Shown: positions 24,857 to 36,565, counted from the first letter of the whole stretch. The stretch: DNA of 63,141 nt, filler included, from 13 parts of 13 records of this genome joined end to end with filler, not necessarily neighbours in it; one strand, 5' to 3'. The notes: generated from the sequence alone by a model not told the origin. Numbers and translations are program-made.

Positions 24857-25096
24857 ATGACCCAATCCGTGTTGCTGCCACCGGGGCCTTTCACCCGGAG
24901 ACAAGCGCAAGCGGTCACTACCACGTACAGCAATATCACACTCGAAGACGACCAGGGCAGTCACTTCCGTCTGGTGGTTCGTGATACTGAAGGCCGGATG
25001 GTCTGGCGGGCATGGAACTTTGAGCCGGATGCCGGTGAAGGTCTTAACCGCTATATCCGCACCTCAGGCATCCGTACAGACACGGCCACCCGCTGA
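24857..25096 (+). CDS. ykfF: DUF905 family protein
   Basis: [17 protein letters not shown]; 79 aa; AGGAG RBS. Confidence 0.88.
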   Translation: MTQSVLLPPGPFTRRQAQAVTTTYSNITLEDDQGSHFRLVVRDTEGRMVWRAWNFEPDAGEGLNRYIRTSGIRTDTATR

Positions 25097-25193
25097 TCGC
25101 GAAGCATTTACCCGCATTCACCTCCCCGAACACACTTTATATCCCCATACGCCAGCCATCGCCGCTGGCGTTTTTATTGACGGAGACATACCC

Positions 25194-25652
25194 ATGACAA
25201 CACAGACGCAGCACGACCTCGCACCCGCTAACCAACCCGAATTTGAACTGACCGTCACGCCGGTCCCCGATGAACAGCGTATCGATTTCTGGCCACAGTA
25301 CTTTGGCGCTATCCCGCAGTGGCTACTCCTGGAGCCGCATATCTTCGCCTGGATGGACCGCTTCTGTGAGGGCTACAGCGGTGGTATCTGGTCGTTCTAC
25401 ACCCTCAGCAATGGCGGCGCATTTATGTCCCCCGAGCCTGACAACGATGAGACATGGCGTCTGTTTAACTGCCTGAACGGTAACGATGCCCAAATGAGTG
25501 CAGAAGCAGCAGGTATTGCTGTCTGCCTGATTGCGTATAGCCACCATGCCTGCCGTACAGAATGTGACGCGATGACCGCACACTATTACCGCCTGCGGGA
25601 GTATGCCATGCAACATCCAGAGGCTCACGCCATTCTGCGTATTATCGACTGA
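25194..25652 (+). CDS. yafX: KlcA/ArdB-type antirestriction protein
   Basis: YSGGIWSFYTLSNGGAFM..MSAEAAGI..ILRIID; 152 aa. Confidence 0.9.
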   Translation: MTTQTQHDLAPANQPEFELTVTPVPDEQRIDFWPQYFGAIPQWLLLEPHIFAWMDRFCEGYSGGIWSFYTLSNGGAFMSPEPDNDETWRLFNCLNGNDAQMSAEAAGIAVCLIAYSHHACRTECDAMTAHYYRLREYAMQHPEAHAILRIID

Positions 25653-25667
25653 CCGAAGGAGCAACAG

Positions 25668-26129
25668 ATGAAACAGCTTTCCTTTTTACCCGGCGAGATG
25701 ACGCCACAGGACCGGCGTCTCATTCAGCGGGCGCTCAGGGCTCTGGACCGCCACCTGCATGAGCCCGGCGTAGCCTTCACCTCTACCCACGCCGTACGTG
25801 AATGGCTGCGACTGCATATGGCCGCGCTTGAGCGGGAAGAGTTCCGGGTGTTGTATCTGGACAACCAGAATCAGTTGATTGCCCATGAAACGCTCTTCAC
25901 CGGCACGATTAACCGCACCGAGGTGCATCCCCGGGAGGTGGTCAAACGTGCTCTGCACTTCAACGCGGCGGCGGTGATACTCGCGCATAACCATCCTTCC
26001 GGCGAGACGACACCTAGCCAGGCCGACAAAACCCTCACGCAGCGACTGGTTCAGGTGCTTCAGCTGGTGGATATCCGTGTCCCTGACCATCTGATTGTCG
26101 GTGGCAGGCAAATCTATTCGTTCGCAGAA
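25668..26129 (+). CDS. ykfG: RadC-like JAB domain protein (3' truncated)
   Basis: HPREV and HNHPSG..PSQAD JAB motif. Confidence 0.9.
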
Positions 26130-26229
26130 NNNNNNNNNNNNNNNNNNNNNNNNNNNNNNNNNNNNNNNNNNNNTTAATTAATTAANNNNNNNNNNNNNNN
26201 NNNNNNNNNNNNNNNNNNNNNNNNNNNNN

Positions 26230-26283
26230 CCCTCTCCCCAGAGGGGCGAGGGGACCGATCGCGCTCAATGTTGCGATCGGTTT
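26230..26283. repeat. BoxC-like intergenic repeat, truncated at the contig edge
   Basis: CCCTCTCCCCAGAGGGGCGAGGG followed by an ACCGATCGC..GCGATCGGT hairpin. Confidence 0.65.
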
Positions 26284-26286
26284 GCC

Positions 26287-28485
26287 TTATCTCCTGCGCA
26301 ACAATCTTAACGCATTCGCTGTCACCAGCACCGTCGCCCCCGTATCTGCCAGCACTGCCAGCCACAACCCGGTCATCCCTAACAGCGTGGTGACGAGGAA
26401 GATCCCTTTCAGCCCCAGCGCAATAGTGATGTTCTGGCGGATATTGGCGTGAGTGGCGCGTGCCAGTTCAATCATTTGCACCAGGCCGCGCAGGTGGTTA
26501 TGGGTTAATGCTGCGTCGGCGGTTTCCAGCGCCACGTCTGTGCCGCTACCCATTGCAATCCCGATGGCGGCAGCTTTCATCGCTGGCGCGTCGTTAATAC
26601 CGTCACCGACCATCGCCAGCGGCGCATGTTGATTCAGCTCGGTCACCGCTTTGACTTTATCTTCCGGCAACAGGCCCGCTTTAAACTCCAGCCCCAGCTC
26701 CCCGGCAATTGCCGCCGCTGCGCGTGGATTATCGCCGGTGAGGATCACCCCTTTGACGCCCAGCGCGTTCAGTTCACTGATGGCAGTTGCAGCATCGGCG
26801 CGCAGGGTATCCTGTAACGCAATGACACCAAGCACGTCATCGTTACGTACTACCAGCACTACCGTTTGCCCGGCGCTTTCCAGTTCGTTAATTAAACCAG
26901 TAAATGCATCAGCGGGATGTTTCCCGGCAGCGCAAATCAATACGCGCTCACCGTTAACCTGCGCTTCAATGCCAGACCCGACCAGCGCCCGCTGTGATTC
27001 GGCGGTGGGAATGGCGAGTTCAGCAACCTGTGCTTCGCGTACGATGGCTTGCGCCAGTGGATGCGTCGCGCCTTGCTCGACCGCCGCCGCCAGTGTCAGC
27101 AGTTCAGATTCACTAATACCCGTTGCCGGATGAATCGCGGTAACGCGCGGTTTACCGACGGTCAGCGTACCGGTTTTATCAAACGCCACCTGAGTAACAC
27201 GACCCAGCTGTTCCAGCGCCGCTCCGCCTTTAATCAACGCCCCACGACGCGCTGCCGCCGCCAGCCCGGAGGTAATCGCCGCAGGCGTTGAGATAACTAA
27301 CGCACACGGGCAGCCAATCAGCAGCAGCGTCAGCCCTTTATAAATCCACTCCTGCCAGCTGGCGGCAAACAGCAGCGGTGGCACCAGCGTCACCAGCAGA
27401 GCGACGGCCATAATCGCGGGCGTATAGATACGGCTGAAACGGTCGATAAACCGCTCAATGGGAGCGCGACGCTCTTCGGCTTCTTCGATCAGTTTCAGAA
27501 TCCGGTCAATGGCGCTGGCTCCCGGTTCTGACAGCACTTCCAACGTCACCAGACGGTCTACGCTGGTGGCACCAGCAGGGACTTTATCGCCCGTTGCGCG
27601 CTCCACCGGAATGGATTCGCCGGTCAGGGCGCTTTCATCAAAACTGGCAAACGGTGAGAGCAGTTTACCGTCGGCAGGCAAACGCCCACCTGCGGCGACT
27701 TCAATCACATCGCCAGGGCGCAGGCTGTTAATCGCCACCTCTTCCCGCTCACCCTTACGCAGGCGCGTGGCGGTTTCTGGTTTCAGCGCCATTAACGCGC
27801 TAACGCCCTGACGCGCGCGGCTGGCGGCCCAGCCTTCCAGTCGTTCACCAATCAAAAACAGCAGCAACACCATCGCAGCTTCAGCCGTTGCGCCAATAAA
27901 CAGTGCACCAATAGCGGCTACGCTCATTAAGGTTTCAATGGCGAAGTAGCTGCCGGATTTGATCAACCGTAATGCCTGACGAGCAATCGGGTACAGCCCA
28001 ACCAGCGTGGTCGCGATAAACGCCAGTTGCCCGAACGGATGATTGAACTGCTCCAGACCCCAGCTGATTGCCATCATCACGATTAGCGTAATCAGCGGCA
28101 GATTCTCTTTCAGGCGTGATGCTTGCGGTTCTTCGGCGGCCTGTTCATCGCGCAGGGAATAGCCTGCTTTTTGCAGCGCAGATTCAACTTGTGCACGAAT
28201 GTCATTGTCGGCATCGACCACCAGTTTTTCGGTGGCGAACAACACCTGCACCTGATTCACGCCTGCAAGCTGGCGCACGGCATTTTCTACCTTGCGCGCA
28301 CAGGCGGCGCAGTCCATGCCGCTGACTTTCCAGCTATAGCGGGTGCCGGAGACGTTTTCAGAGAGAGTTGGCGTGCTGGAACATGCGCCGTCGCAGCAAC
28401 AGTCGTTGGCGTTCTGTACCGTGGTTAGCGGTTTGAACGCAGCAAATTGAGGGGCTTTCTTGCCGTGATTGTCAGGAGTCGACAT
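26287..28485 (-). CDS. zntA: Zn/Cd/Pb-exporting P1B ATPase
   Basis: GMDCAAC, CPC, DKTGTLT and GDGIND motifs; 732 aa. Confidence 0.99.
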   Translation of the reverse strand: MSTPDNHGKKAPQFAAFKPLTTVQNANDCCCDGACSSTPTLSENVSGTRYSWKVSGMDCAACARKVENAVRQLAGVNQVQVLFATEKLVVDADNDIRAQVESALQKAGYSLRDEQAAEEPQASRLKENLPLITLIVMMAISWGLEQFNHPFGQLAFIATTLVGLYPIARQALRLIKSGSYFAIETLMSVAAIGALFIGATAEAAMVLLLFLIGERLEGWAASRARQGVSALMALKPETATRLRKGEREEVAINSLRPGDVIEVAAGGRLPADGKLLSPFASFDESALTGESIPVERATGDKVPAGATSVDRLVTLEVLSEPGASAIDRILKLIEEAEERRAPIERFIDRFSRIYTPAIMAVALLVTLVPPLLFAASWQEWIYKGLTLLLIGCPCALVISTPAAITSGLAAAARRGALIKGGAALEQLGRVTQVAFDKTGTLTVGKPRVTAIHPATGISESELLTLAAAVEQGATHPLAQAIVREAQVAELAIPTAESQRALVGSGIEAQVNGERVLICAAGKHPADAFTGLINELESAGQTVVLVVRNDDVLGVIALQDTLRADAATAISELNALGVKGVILTGDNPRAAAAIAGELGLEFKAGLLPEDKVKAVTELNQHAPLAMVGDGINDAPAMKAAAIGIAMGSGTDVALETADAALTHNHLRGLVQMIELARATHANIRQNITIALGLKGIFLVTTLLGMTGLWLAVLADTGATVLVTANALRLLRRR

Positions 28486-28527
28486 GGCATCCTCCGGTTA
28501 AGTTTTTTCTCATTAACCGAAGGATAC

Positions 28528-28549
28528 ACTCTGGAGTCGACTCCAGAGT
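28528..28549. promoter_or_regulatory. ZntR operator in the zntA promoter
   Basis: Perfect 22-bp palindrome ACTCTGGAGTCGACTCCAGAGT overlapping a minus-strand -35 TTGACT. Confidence 0.92.
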
Positions 28550-28558
28550 CAAGTTTTA

Positions 28559-29185
28559 TCAGAGATACAGCGAGCGGACGATCAGGAAGTGACCGGCAAA
28601 GTAGCAGGCCGCAGCAATCGCGTTATCCGCACGGAAGCGTCGGCGATAGTGGCTCCCCAGCCAGACAAAGTTACTGATAAACAGCAACGAAGCGCCAACA
28701 AACGCAGAGAGCGCCGGAGCGGTCGGACGGAAGAACCACAGTTCACCTGCCAGCCACACCATCACCAGCGTCATGCCGATAAACGTGCAGATAGGCCAAC
28801 GGTACTCTTCCAGGCGCGTCCAGATAATCGCCAGTAACAGCGCACCCAGAACCAGCAGCACCAGTGGTAGAGGCCAGAAGAAAGAGAGCGTCATCTGACT
28901 GGCGAAATAGATGGTGTACAGCAGGTGCGAGAGGAAAAACGCGCCGATGGCGTACATCAGACGTTGACGTGGCAACAGGGTTAGCGCATCGCCCAGCAGT
29001 GAGGCGCACAGCCCTGCCAGCACCAGATAGCTAATGGCGTCGAACATCGGCGCTTGCCAGGCCAGTAACAGCAGGAGAAGAAGGGTTAACGGTTTAAACA
29101 CCCAGCGTTGCCAGGTTGGCCCACGATACGATGCATCCACAGATAGCCATGCGGAAAGACAGACAGCGATAAACGACCAAAGCAT
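28559..29185 (-). CDS. yhhN: YhhN/TMEM86 lysoplasmalogenase-family membrane protein
   Basis: FKP, GD, AFFLSH motifs; 208 aa. Confidence 0.93.
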
Positions 29186-29325
29186 CTTAGTTCCTTGAAT
29201 TCGTTATTTTTTCGTAAGCGGAATGCCTACGGTCTTGCTTCCAGTTTAGTGGCGAGGGTGGACGGATGACAACACCATAACTGGCAGGGTATGCTTATTT
29301 CCGCATTTTCCGATGAGGGATAAAG

Positions 29326-29685
29326 ATGAGCAAACCACCTCTTTTCTTTATTGTTATCATTGGCTTAATTGTCGTCGCCGCATCGTTTCGTTTTATGCAA
29401 CAGCGACGGGAAAAAGCTGATAATGATATGGCTCCGCTCCAGCAAAAGCTGGTGGTGGTGAGCAACAAGCGGGAAAAACCGATTAACGATCGCCGTTCGC
29501 GCCAGCAGGAAGTGACTCCGGCAGGCACCAGTATACGCTATGAGGCAAGCTTCAAACCGCAAAGCGGAGGAATGGAGCAGACGTTTCGCCTCGACGCCCA
29601 GCAGTACCACGCCCTGACAGTGGGCGATAAAGGTACGCTGAGCTATAAAGGAACGCGCTTTGTCAGCTTTGTAGGCGAACAATAA
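29326..29685 (+). CDS. yhhM: DUF2500 protein
   Basis: N-terminal TM; 119 aa; synteny. Confidence 0.9.
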   Translation: MSKPPLFFIVIIGLIVVAASFRFMQQRREKADNDMAPLQQKLVVVSNKREKPINDRRSRQQEVTPAGTSIRYEASFKPQSGGMEQTFRLDAQQYHALTVGDKGTLSYKGTRFVSFVGEQ

Positions 29686-29687
29686 GG

Positions 29688-29957
29688 TTATTTTTTAACT
29701 TTAAATTTCTTCTGCCAGGCCAGCAGTTCAAACACGCCGAAAAGGAAAATCCGTACCTTTTCGGCGGTGGTCATCTGCGGGCCATCTTTCGGTAAAGTGG
29801 ATTTCAATAGCGCCAGCTGCATACCATGCATCAGCACGGTAAAAATCAGCGCCACGTTAACGAAGATATTCAGCGGGCGTGGGAAGGGATGCACCAGGTT
29901 GAGGATTAAAAATCCCCAAACGCAGAGCATTAACAAACGACCAATATTAATCAGCAT
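29688..29957 (-). CDS. yhhL: DUF1145 membrane protein
   Basis: 89 aa from ATG 29957, overlapping the rsmD end. Confidence 0.9.
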   Translation of the reverse strand: MLINIGRLLMLCVWGFLILNLVHPFPRPLNIFVNVALIFTVLMHGMQLALLKSTLPKDGPQMTTAEKVRIFLFGVFELLAWQKKFKVKK

Positions 29958-30543
29958 CACTTTCTCCTTGTGCTTCGCGTTGATACAGCCGATAAGCCAC
30001 CTGACCCGCCACTTTTTCCCGATGTAATGACCAGTTTGCTGGAACAGTGGGCAGACCGTTTTCGACTTCGCTTTCGACATAAATCAGGGCTTCGTCAGCC
30101 AGCCAGCCGTTATCTTCCAGTAAATTTATCGTCTCTTCTAACAAGCCACGGCGGAACGGTGGATCGACAAACACGATATTATGCGGTGTACCTTTTTGCG
30201 CCAGGAATGACATCGCGTTGCTGTTCACCACGCGTGCATTGCCTGCTTTTAGTGTCGCCAGATTCTTAATTAACTGCTGAGAAACCGCGCGATCCATCTC
30301 AATCAACGTTGCCCCCGCAGCGTAGCGCGATAACGCTTCCAGCCCCAGCGCGCCGCTCCCGGCGAAGCAATCCAGACATTGGGCGTCAACAATGACCGGA
30401 GCCAGCCAGTTAAACAACGTTTCGCGTACGCGGTCGGTGGTGGGGCGCAGACCTGGGCTATCAGGAACCGGGAGTTTACGGCCTCGCCACTGCCCGCCAA
30501 TAATGCGGATTTGGCCGCTGCCGGAATGATTCGGTTTTTTCAT
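29947..30543 (-). CDS. rsmD: 16S rRNA m2G966 methyltransferase
   Basis: RPTTDRVRETLFNWL, FAGSG and DPPF. Confidence 0.98.
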   Translation of the reverse strand: MKKPNHSGSGQIRIIGGQWRGRKLPVPDSPGLRPTTDRVRETLFNWLAPVIVDAQCLDCFAGSGALGLEALSRYAAGATLIEMDRAVSQQLIKNLATLKAGNARVVNSNAMSFLAQKGTPHNIVFVDPPFRRGLLEETINLLEDNGWLADEALIYVESEVENGLPTVPANWSLHREKVAGQVAYRLYQREAQGESDAD

Positions 30544-30692
30544 GATAAATTGCTCAATCCGCCAGATAACACATACTTGCAGGCGGTGATGTGAATTAAG
30601 TTAAGTGATAGACTATTTCATCATTTTTTTAGCTGCTATGTACATAGCGTTAACGCTGTGCCATGAAGCAACAGCGAGGAGTGTAGTCGCAA

Positions 30693-32186
30693 ATGGCGAA
30701 AGAAAAAAAACGTGGCTTTTTTTCCTGGCTGGGCTTTGGTCAAAAAGAGCAGACCCCGGAAAAAGAGACAGAAGTTCAGAATGAACAACCGGTTGTAGAA
30801 GAAATCGTTCAGGCGCAAGAGCCTGTGAAGGCCTCTGAACAAGCCGTTGAAGAGCAGCCGCAAGCGCATACTGAAGCCGAGGCGGAAACTTTTGCTGCCG
30901 ACGTTGTGGAAGTCACTGAACAGGTTGCTGAAAGTGAAAAAGCGCAGCCTGAAGCGGAAGTCGTTGCACAGCCGGAACCGGTCGTAGAAGAAACGCCGGA
31001 GCCAGTGGCTATCGAACGTGAAGAGCTGCCGTTGCCGGAAGACGTCAACGCCGAAGCGGTTTCGCCAGAAGAGTGGCAGGCTGAAGCGGAAACCGTAGAG
31101 ATTGTCGAAGCGGCGGAAGAAGAAGCGGCTAAAGAAGAAATTACCGACGAAGAGCTGGAAACGGCGCTGGCTGCCGAAGCGGCAGAAGAGGCGGTGATGG
31201 TGGTTCCTCCGGCAGAAGAAGAGCAGCCGGTGGAAGAAATCGCTCAGGAGCAGGAAAAACCGACCAAAGAAGGTTTTTTCGCGCGCCTGAAACGCAGCCT
31301 GTTAAAAACCAAAGAAAATCTCGGTTCCGGATTTATCAGCCTGTTCCGCGGTAAAAAAATCGACGATGATCTGTTTGAGGAGCTGGAAGAGCAGCTTTTG
31401 ATCGCCGATGTGGGTGTGGAAACCACACGTAAAATTATCACCAATCTGACGGAAGGCGCATCCCGCAAGCAGCTTCGTGACGCCGAGGCGCTCTATGGCC
31501 TGCTGAAAGAAGAGATGGGCGAGATTCTGGCGAAAGTCGATGAGCCGCTGAATGTTGAAGGCAAAGCGCCGTTTGTGATCCTGATGGTGGGCGTCAACGG
31601 TGTGGGTAAAACCACGACGATTGGTAAGCTGGCGCGTCAGTTTGAGCAGCAGGGTAAATCGGTGATGCTGGCGGCGGGTGATACTTTCCGTGCAGCTGCG
31701 GTTGAACAGCTTCAGGTCTGGGGTCAGCGCAACAATATTCCGGTGATTGCCCAGCATACCGGGGCGGATTCCGCCTCTGTTATCTTCGACGCCATTCAGG
31801 CAGCTAAAGCGCGTAATATCGACGTCCTGATTGCCGATACAGCCGGACGCCTGCAGAACAAATCGCACCTGATGGAAGAGTTGAAGAAAATCGTCCGCGT
31901 GATGAAGAAACTCGACGTTGAAGCGCCGCATGAAGTTATGCTGACTATTGATGCCAGCACCGGGCAGAACGCGGTAAGCCAGGCCAAACTGTTCCATGAA
32001 GCCGTTGGCTTAACCGGCATCACGCTAACGAAACTGGACGGCACGGCGAAAGGCGGGGTAATTTTCTCGGTGGCTGACCAGTTTGGTATCCCTATCCGCT
32101 ACATTGGTGTCGGCGAACGTATTGAGGATTTGCGTCCGTTTAAGGCGGACGACTTTATAGAGGCACTTTTTGCCCGAGAGGATTAA
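30693..32186 (+). CDS. ftsY: SRP receptor GTPase
   Basis: Acidic A domain; GVNGVGKTTT, DTAGR and TKLDG. Confidence 0.99.
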   Translation: MAKEKKRGFFSWLGFGQKEQTPEKETEVQNEQPVVEEIVQAQEPVKASEQAVEEQPQAHTEAEAETFAADVVEVTEQVAESEKAQPEAEVVAQPEPVVEETPEPVAIEREELPLPEDVNAEAVSPEEWQAEAETVEIVEAAEEEAAKEEITDEELETALAAEAAEEAVMVVPPAEEEQPVEEIAQEQEKPTKEGFFARLKRSLLKTKENLGSGFISLFRGKKIDDDLFEELEEQLLIADVGVETTRKIITNLTEGASRKQLRDAEALYGLLKEEMGEILAKVDEPLNVEGKAPFVILMVGVNGVGKTTTIGKLARQFEQQGKSVMLAAGDTFRAAAVEQLQVWGQRNNIPVIAQHTGADSASVIFDAIQAAKARNIDVLIADTAGRLQNKSHLMEELKKIVRVMKKLDVEAPHEVMLTIDASTGQNAVSQAKLFHEAVGLTGITLTKLDGTAKGGVIFSVADQFGIPIRYIGVGERIEDLRPFKADDFIEALFARED

Positions 32187-32188
32187 CA

Positions 32189-32857
32189 ATGATTCGCTTT
32201 GAACATGTCAGCAAGGCTTATCTCGGTGGGAGACAGGCGCTGCAGGGCGTTACGTTCCATATGCAGCCGGGTGAGATGGCGTTTCTGACCGGTCATTCCG
32301 GCGCAGGGAAAAGTACCCTCCTGAAGCTGATCTGTGGGATTGAGCGGCCCAGCGCCGGGAAAATCTGGTTTAGCGGCCATGACATCACGCGTCTGAAAAA
32401 CCGTGAAGTTCCGTTTCTGCGCCGCCAGATTGGCATGATTTTCCAGGATCACCATCTACTGATGGACCGTACTGTCTACGATAACGTGGCGATCCCGCTG
32501 ATTATCGCCGGTGCCAGCGGTGACGATATTCGTCGCCGGGTGTCGGCGGCGCTGGATAAAGTCGGGCTACTGGACAAAGCGAAGAACTTCCCTATTCAGC
32601 TTTCGGGCGGTGAACAACAGCGTGTTGGCATTGCCCGCGCGGTGGTGAACAAGCCCGCGGTACTGCTGGCGGACGAACCGACTGGTAACCTGGACGACGC
32701 GCTGTCGGAAGGCATTTTACGTCTGTTTGAAGAGTTTAACCGCGTTGGGGTAACCGTATTGATGGCAACGCACGACATCAACCTGATCTCGCGGCGTTCC
32801 TATCGCATGCTCACCCTGAGCGATGGTCACTTGCATGGAGGCGTGGGCCATGAATAA
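32189..32857 (+). CDS. ftsE: Cell division ABC ATPase
   Basis: Walker [18 protein letters not shown] signature. Confidence 0.98.
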
Positions 32858-33908
32858 GCGCGATGCAATCAATCATATTCGGCAGTTTGGCGGGCGTCTT
32901 GATCGCTTCCGTAAATCGGTCGGCGGCTCAGGCGACGGCGGTCGTAACGCACCAAAACGCGCGAAATCCTCGCCAAAACCGGTAAATCGCAAAACCAACG
33001 TTTTCAACGAACAGGTGCGCTATGCCTTCCACGGCGCATTGCAGGATCTGAAAAGCAAACCGTTCGCCACGTTTTTAACGGTGATGGTTATCGCCATTTC
33101 TCTGACGCTGCCCAGCGTCTGTTATATGGTGTACAAAAACGTTAACCAGGCGGCGACGCAGTATTATCCGTCACCGCAAATCACTGTTTATCTGCAAAAA
33201 ACGCTGGACGATGACGCTGCTGCGGGCGTGGTGGCACAGTTGCAGGCCGAGCAAGGCGTGGAGAAAGTGAACTATCTTTCTCGTGAAGACGCACTGGGTG
33301 AGTTCCGTAACTGGTCTGGTTTTGGTGGTGCGCTGGATATGCTGGAAGAAAACCCGCTTCCGGCAGTGGCGGTGGTGATCCCGAAACTCGATTTCCAGGG
33401 GACGGAATCACTGAATACGCTGCGTGATCGTATCACGCAGATTAACGGCATTGACGAAGTGCGGATGGATGACAGCTGGTTTGCCCGTCTGGCGGCGTTG
33501 ACCGGGCTGGTCGGGCGCGTTTCGGCGATGATCGGCGTGTTGATGGTGGCGGCCGTGTTCCTCGTCATCGGTAACAGTGTGCGTCTGAGTATCTTTGCTC
33601 GCCGTGACTCCATTAACGTACAGAAACTGATTGGTGCGACAGATGGATTCATCCTGCGCCCGTTCCTGTATGGTGGCGCACTGCTGGGATTTTCTGGCGC
33701 ATTGTTGTCATTAATTTTGTCAGAAATTCTGGTGCTGCGATTGTCATCGGCGGTTGCGGAAGTGGCACAGGTTTTCGGAACGAAGTTTGATATCAATGGC
33801 TTATCATTCGATGAATGCCTGCTATTGCTGCTGGTATGCTCGATGATTGGCTGGGTGGCAGCGTGGCTTGCCACGGTACAACATTTACGCCACTTTACGC
33901 CTGAATAA
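32850..33908 (+). CDS. ftsX: Cell division permease-like protein
   Basis: 352 aa from ATG 32850; ENPLP motif. Confidence 0.98.
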
Positions 33909-34013
33909 TAAAAGCGTGTTATACTCTTTCCCTGCAATGGGTTCCGTAGCAGGGAAAGAGACCCCGTTGTCTCTTCCCGGTATTTCATCTCTATGTCACA
34001 TTTTGTGCGTAAT

Positions 34014-34059
34014 TTATTCACAAGCTTGCATTGAACTTGTGGATAAAATCACGGTCTGA
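34014..34059 (+). promoter_or_regulatory. rpoH promoter region: sigmaE promoter and two DnaA boxes
   Basis: GAACTT (34033)-N16-TCTGA (34055); TTATTCACA at 34014-34022 and TGTGGATAA at 34038-34046. Confidence 0.85.
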
Positions 34060-34152
34060 TAAAACAGTGAATGATAACCTCGTTGCTCTTAAGCTCTGGC
34101 ACAGTTGTTGCTACCACTGAAGCGCCAGAAGATATCGATTGAGAGGATTTGA

Positions 34153-35007
34153 ATGACTGACAAAATGCAAAGTTTAGCTTTAGCCCCAGTTGGCAACCTG
34201 GATTCCTACATCCGGGCAGCTAACGCGTGGCCGATGTTGTCGGCTGACGAGGAGCGGGCGCTGGCTGAAAAGCTGCATTACCATGGCGATCTGGAAGCAG
34301 CTAAAACGCTGATCCTGTCTCACCTGCGGTTTGTTGTTCATATTGCTCGTAATTATGCGGGCTATGGCCTGCCACAGGCGGATTTGATTCAGGAAGGTAA
34401 CATCGGCCTGATGAAAGCAGTGCGCCGTTTCAACCCGGAAGTGGGTGTGCGCCTGGTCTCCTTCGCCGTTCACTGGATCAAAGCAGAGATCCACGAATAC
34501 GTTCTGCGTAACTGGCGTATCGTCAAAGTTGCGACCACCAAAGCGCAGCGCAAACTGTTCTTCAACCTGCGTAAAACCAAGCAGCGTCTGGGCTGGTTTA
34601 ACCAGGATGAAGTCGAAATGGTGGCCCGTGAACTGGGCGTAACCAGCAAAGACGTACGTGAGATGGAATCACGTATGGCGGCACAGGACATGACCTTTGA
34701 CCTGTCTTCCGACGACGATTCCGACAGCCAGCCGATGGCTCCGGTGCTCTATCTGCAGGATAAATCATCTAACTTTGCCGACGGCATTGAAGATGATAAC
34801 TGGGAAGAGCAGGCGGCAAACCGTCTGACCGACGCGATGCAGGGTCTGGACGAACGCAGCCAGGACATCATCCGTGCGCGCTGGCTGGACGAAGACAACA
34901 AGTCCACGTTGCAGGAACTGGCTGACCGTTACGGCGTTTCCGCTGAGCGTGTACGCCAGCTGGAAAAGAACGCGATGAAAAAATTGCGTGCTGCCATTGA
35001 AGCGTAA
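34153..35007 (+). CDS. rpoH: Heat-shock sigma factor sigma32
   Basis: RpoH box QRKLFFNLR; 284 aa. Confidence 0.99.
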   Translation: MTDKMQSLALAPVGNLDSYIRAANAWPMLSADEERALAEKLHYHGDLEAAKTLILSHLRFVVHIARNYAGYGLPQADLIQEGNIGLMKAVRRFNPEVGVRLVSFAVHWIKAEIHEYVLRNWRIVKVATTKAQRKLFFNLRKTKQRLGWFNQDEVEMVARELGVTSKDVREMESRMAAQDMTFDLSSDDDSDSQPMAPVLYLQDKSSNFADGIEDDNWEEQAANRLTDAMQGLDERSQDIIRARWLDEDNKSTLQELADRYGVSAERVRQLEKNAMKKLRAAIEA

Positions 35008-35026
35008 TTTCCGCTATTAAGCAGAG

Positions 35027-35060
35027 AACCCTGGATGAGAGTCCGGGGTTTTTGTTTTTT
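35027..35060 (+). terminator. Intrinsic terminator after rpoH
   Basis: AACCCTGGA..TCCGGGGTT hairpin followed by a T tract. Confidence 0.8.
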
Positions 35061-35277
35061 GGGCCTCTGTAATAATCAATTTCCCCTCCGGCAAAACGCC
35101 AATCCCCACGCAGATTGTTAATAAACTGTCAAAATAGCTATTCCAATATCATAAAAATCGGGTATGTTTTAGCAGAGTATGCTGCTAAAGCACGGGTAGT
35201 CATGCATAAAACGAAATAAAGTGCTGAAAAACAACATCACAACACACGTAATAACCAGAAGAATGGGGATTCTCAGG

Positions 35278-36381
35278 ATGAACATAAAGGGTAAAGCGTT
35301 ACTGGCAGGATGTATCGCGCTGGCATTCAGCAATATGGCTCTGGCAGAAGATATTAAAGTCGCGGTCGTGGGCGCAATGTCCGGTCCGGTTGCGCAGTAC
35401 GGTGACCAGGAGTTTACCGGCGCAGAGCAGGCGGTTGCGGATATCAACGCTAAAGGCGGCATTAAAGGCAACAAACTGCAAATCGTAAAATATGACGATG
35501 CCTGTGACCCGAAACAGGCGGTTGCGGTGGCGAACAAAGTCGTTAACGACGGCATTAAATATGTGATTGGTCACCTCTGTTCTTCATCAACGCAGCCTGC
35601 GTCTGACATCTACGAAGACGAAGGCATTTTAATGATCACCCCAGCGGCAACCGCGCCGGAGCTGACCGCCCGTGGCTATCAGCTGATCCTGCGCACCACC
35701 GGCCTGGACTCCGACCAGGGGCCGACGGCGGCGAAATATATTCTTGAGAAAGTGAAACCGCAGCGTATTGCTATCGTTCACGACAAACAGCAATACGGCG
35801 AAGGTCTGGCGCGAGCGGTGCAGGACGGCCTGAAGAAAGGCAATGCAAACGTGGTGTTCTTTGATGGCATCACCGCCGGGGAAAAAGATTTCTCAACGCT
35901 GGTGGCGCGTCTGAAAAAAGAGAATATCGACTTCGTTTACTACGGCGGTTATCACCCGGAAATGGGGCAAATCCTGCGTCAGGCACGCGCGGCAGGGCTG
36001 AAAACTCAGTTTATGGGGCCGGAAGGTGTGGCTAACGTTTCGCTGTCTAACATTGCGGGCGAATCAGCGGAAGGGCTGCTGGTGACCAAGCCGAAGAACT
36101 ACGATCAGGTTCCGGCGAACAAACCCATTGTTGACGCGATCAAAGCGAAAAAACAGGACCCAAGTGGCGCATTCGTTTGGACCACCTACGCCGCGCTGCA
36201 ATCTTTGCAGGCGGGCCTGAATCAGTCTGACGATCCGGCTGAAATCGCCAAATACCTGAAAGCGAACTCCGTGGATACCGTAATGGGACCGCTGACCTGG
36301 GATGAGAAAGGCGATCTGAAAGGCTTTGAGTTCGGCGTATTTGACTGGCACGCCAACGGCACGGCGACCGATGCGAAGTAA
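35278..36381 (+). CDS. livJ: Leu/Ile/Val periplasmic binding protein
   Basis: 367 aa from ATG 35278; DDACDPKQA. The CA-rich leader at 35229-35247 resembles GcvB target sites. Confidence 0.97.
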   Translation: MNIKGKALLAGCIALAFSNMALAEDIKVAVVGAMSGPVAQYGDQEFTGAEQAVADINAKGGIKGNKLQIVKYDDACDPKQAVAVANKVVNDGIKYVIGHLCSSSTQPASDIYEDEGILMITPAATAPELTARGYQLILRTTGLDSDQGPTAAKYILEKVKPQRIAIVHDKQQYGEGLARAVQDGLKKGNANVVFFDGITAGEKDFSTLVARLKKENIDFVYYGGYHPEMGQILRQARAAGLKTQFMGPEGVANVSLSNIAGESAEGLLVTKPKNYDQVPANKPIVDAIKAKKQDPSGAFVWTTYAALQSLQAGLNQSDDPAEIAKYLKANSVDTVMGPLTWDEKGDLKGFEFGVFDWHANGTATDAK

Positions 36382-36438
36382 TCATTAATCGGCAACTTTG
36401 GGTTGCCGCCAAATTGCTAATATCGAGTACGTTGCTTC

Positions 36439-36465
36439 ATGCCGGATGCGGCGTAAACGCCTTAT
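36439..36465. repeat. REP element truncated at contig end (others at 49650-49678 and 57286-57313)
   Basis: GCCGGATGCGGCGTAAACGCCTTAT and CGGATAAGGCGTTCACGCCGCATCCG. Confidence 0.9.
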
Positions 36466-36565
36466 NNNNNNNNNNNNNNNNNNNNNNNNNNNNNNNNNNN
36501 NNNNNNNNNTTAATTAATTAANNNNNNNNNNNNNNNNNNNNNNNNNNNNNNNNNNNNNNNNNNNN

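Larger units (their letters stand above)
23995..26129 (+). mobile_element. Fragment of CP4-6 cryptic prophage / integrative element
   Basis: Gene order yafY-ykfB-ykfF-yafX-ykfG, as in K-12 CP4-6. Confidence 0.85.

Noticed and set aside
30693..31280. Glu/Ala/Pro low-complexity region as a novel repeat protein
   Set aside because: It is the known acidic A domain of FtsY.
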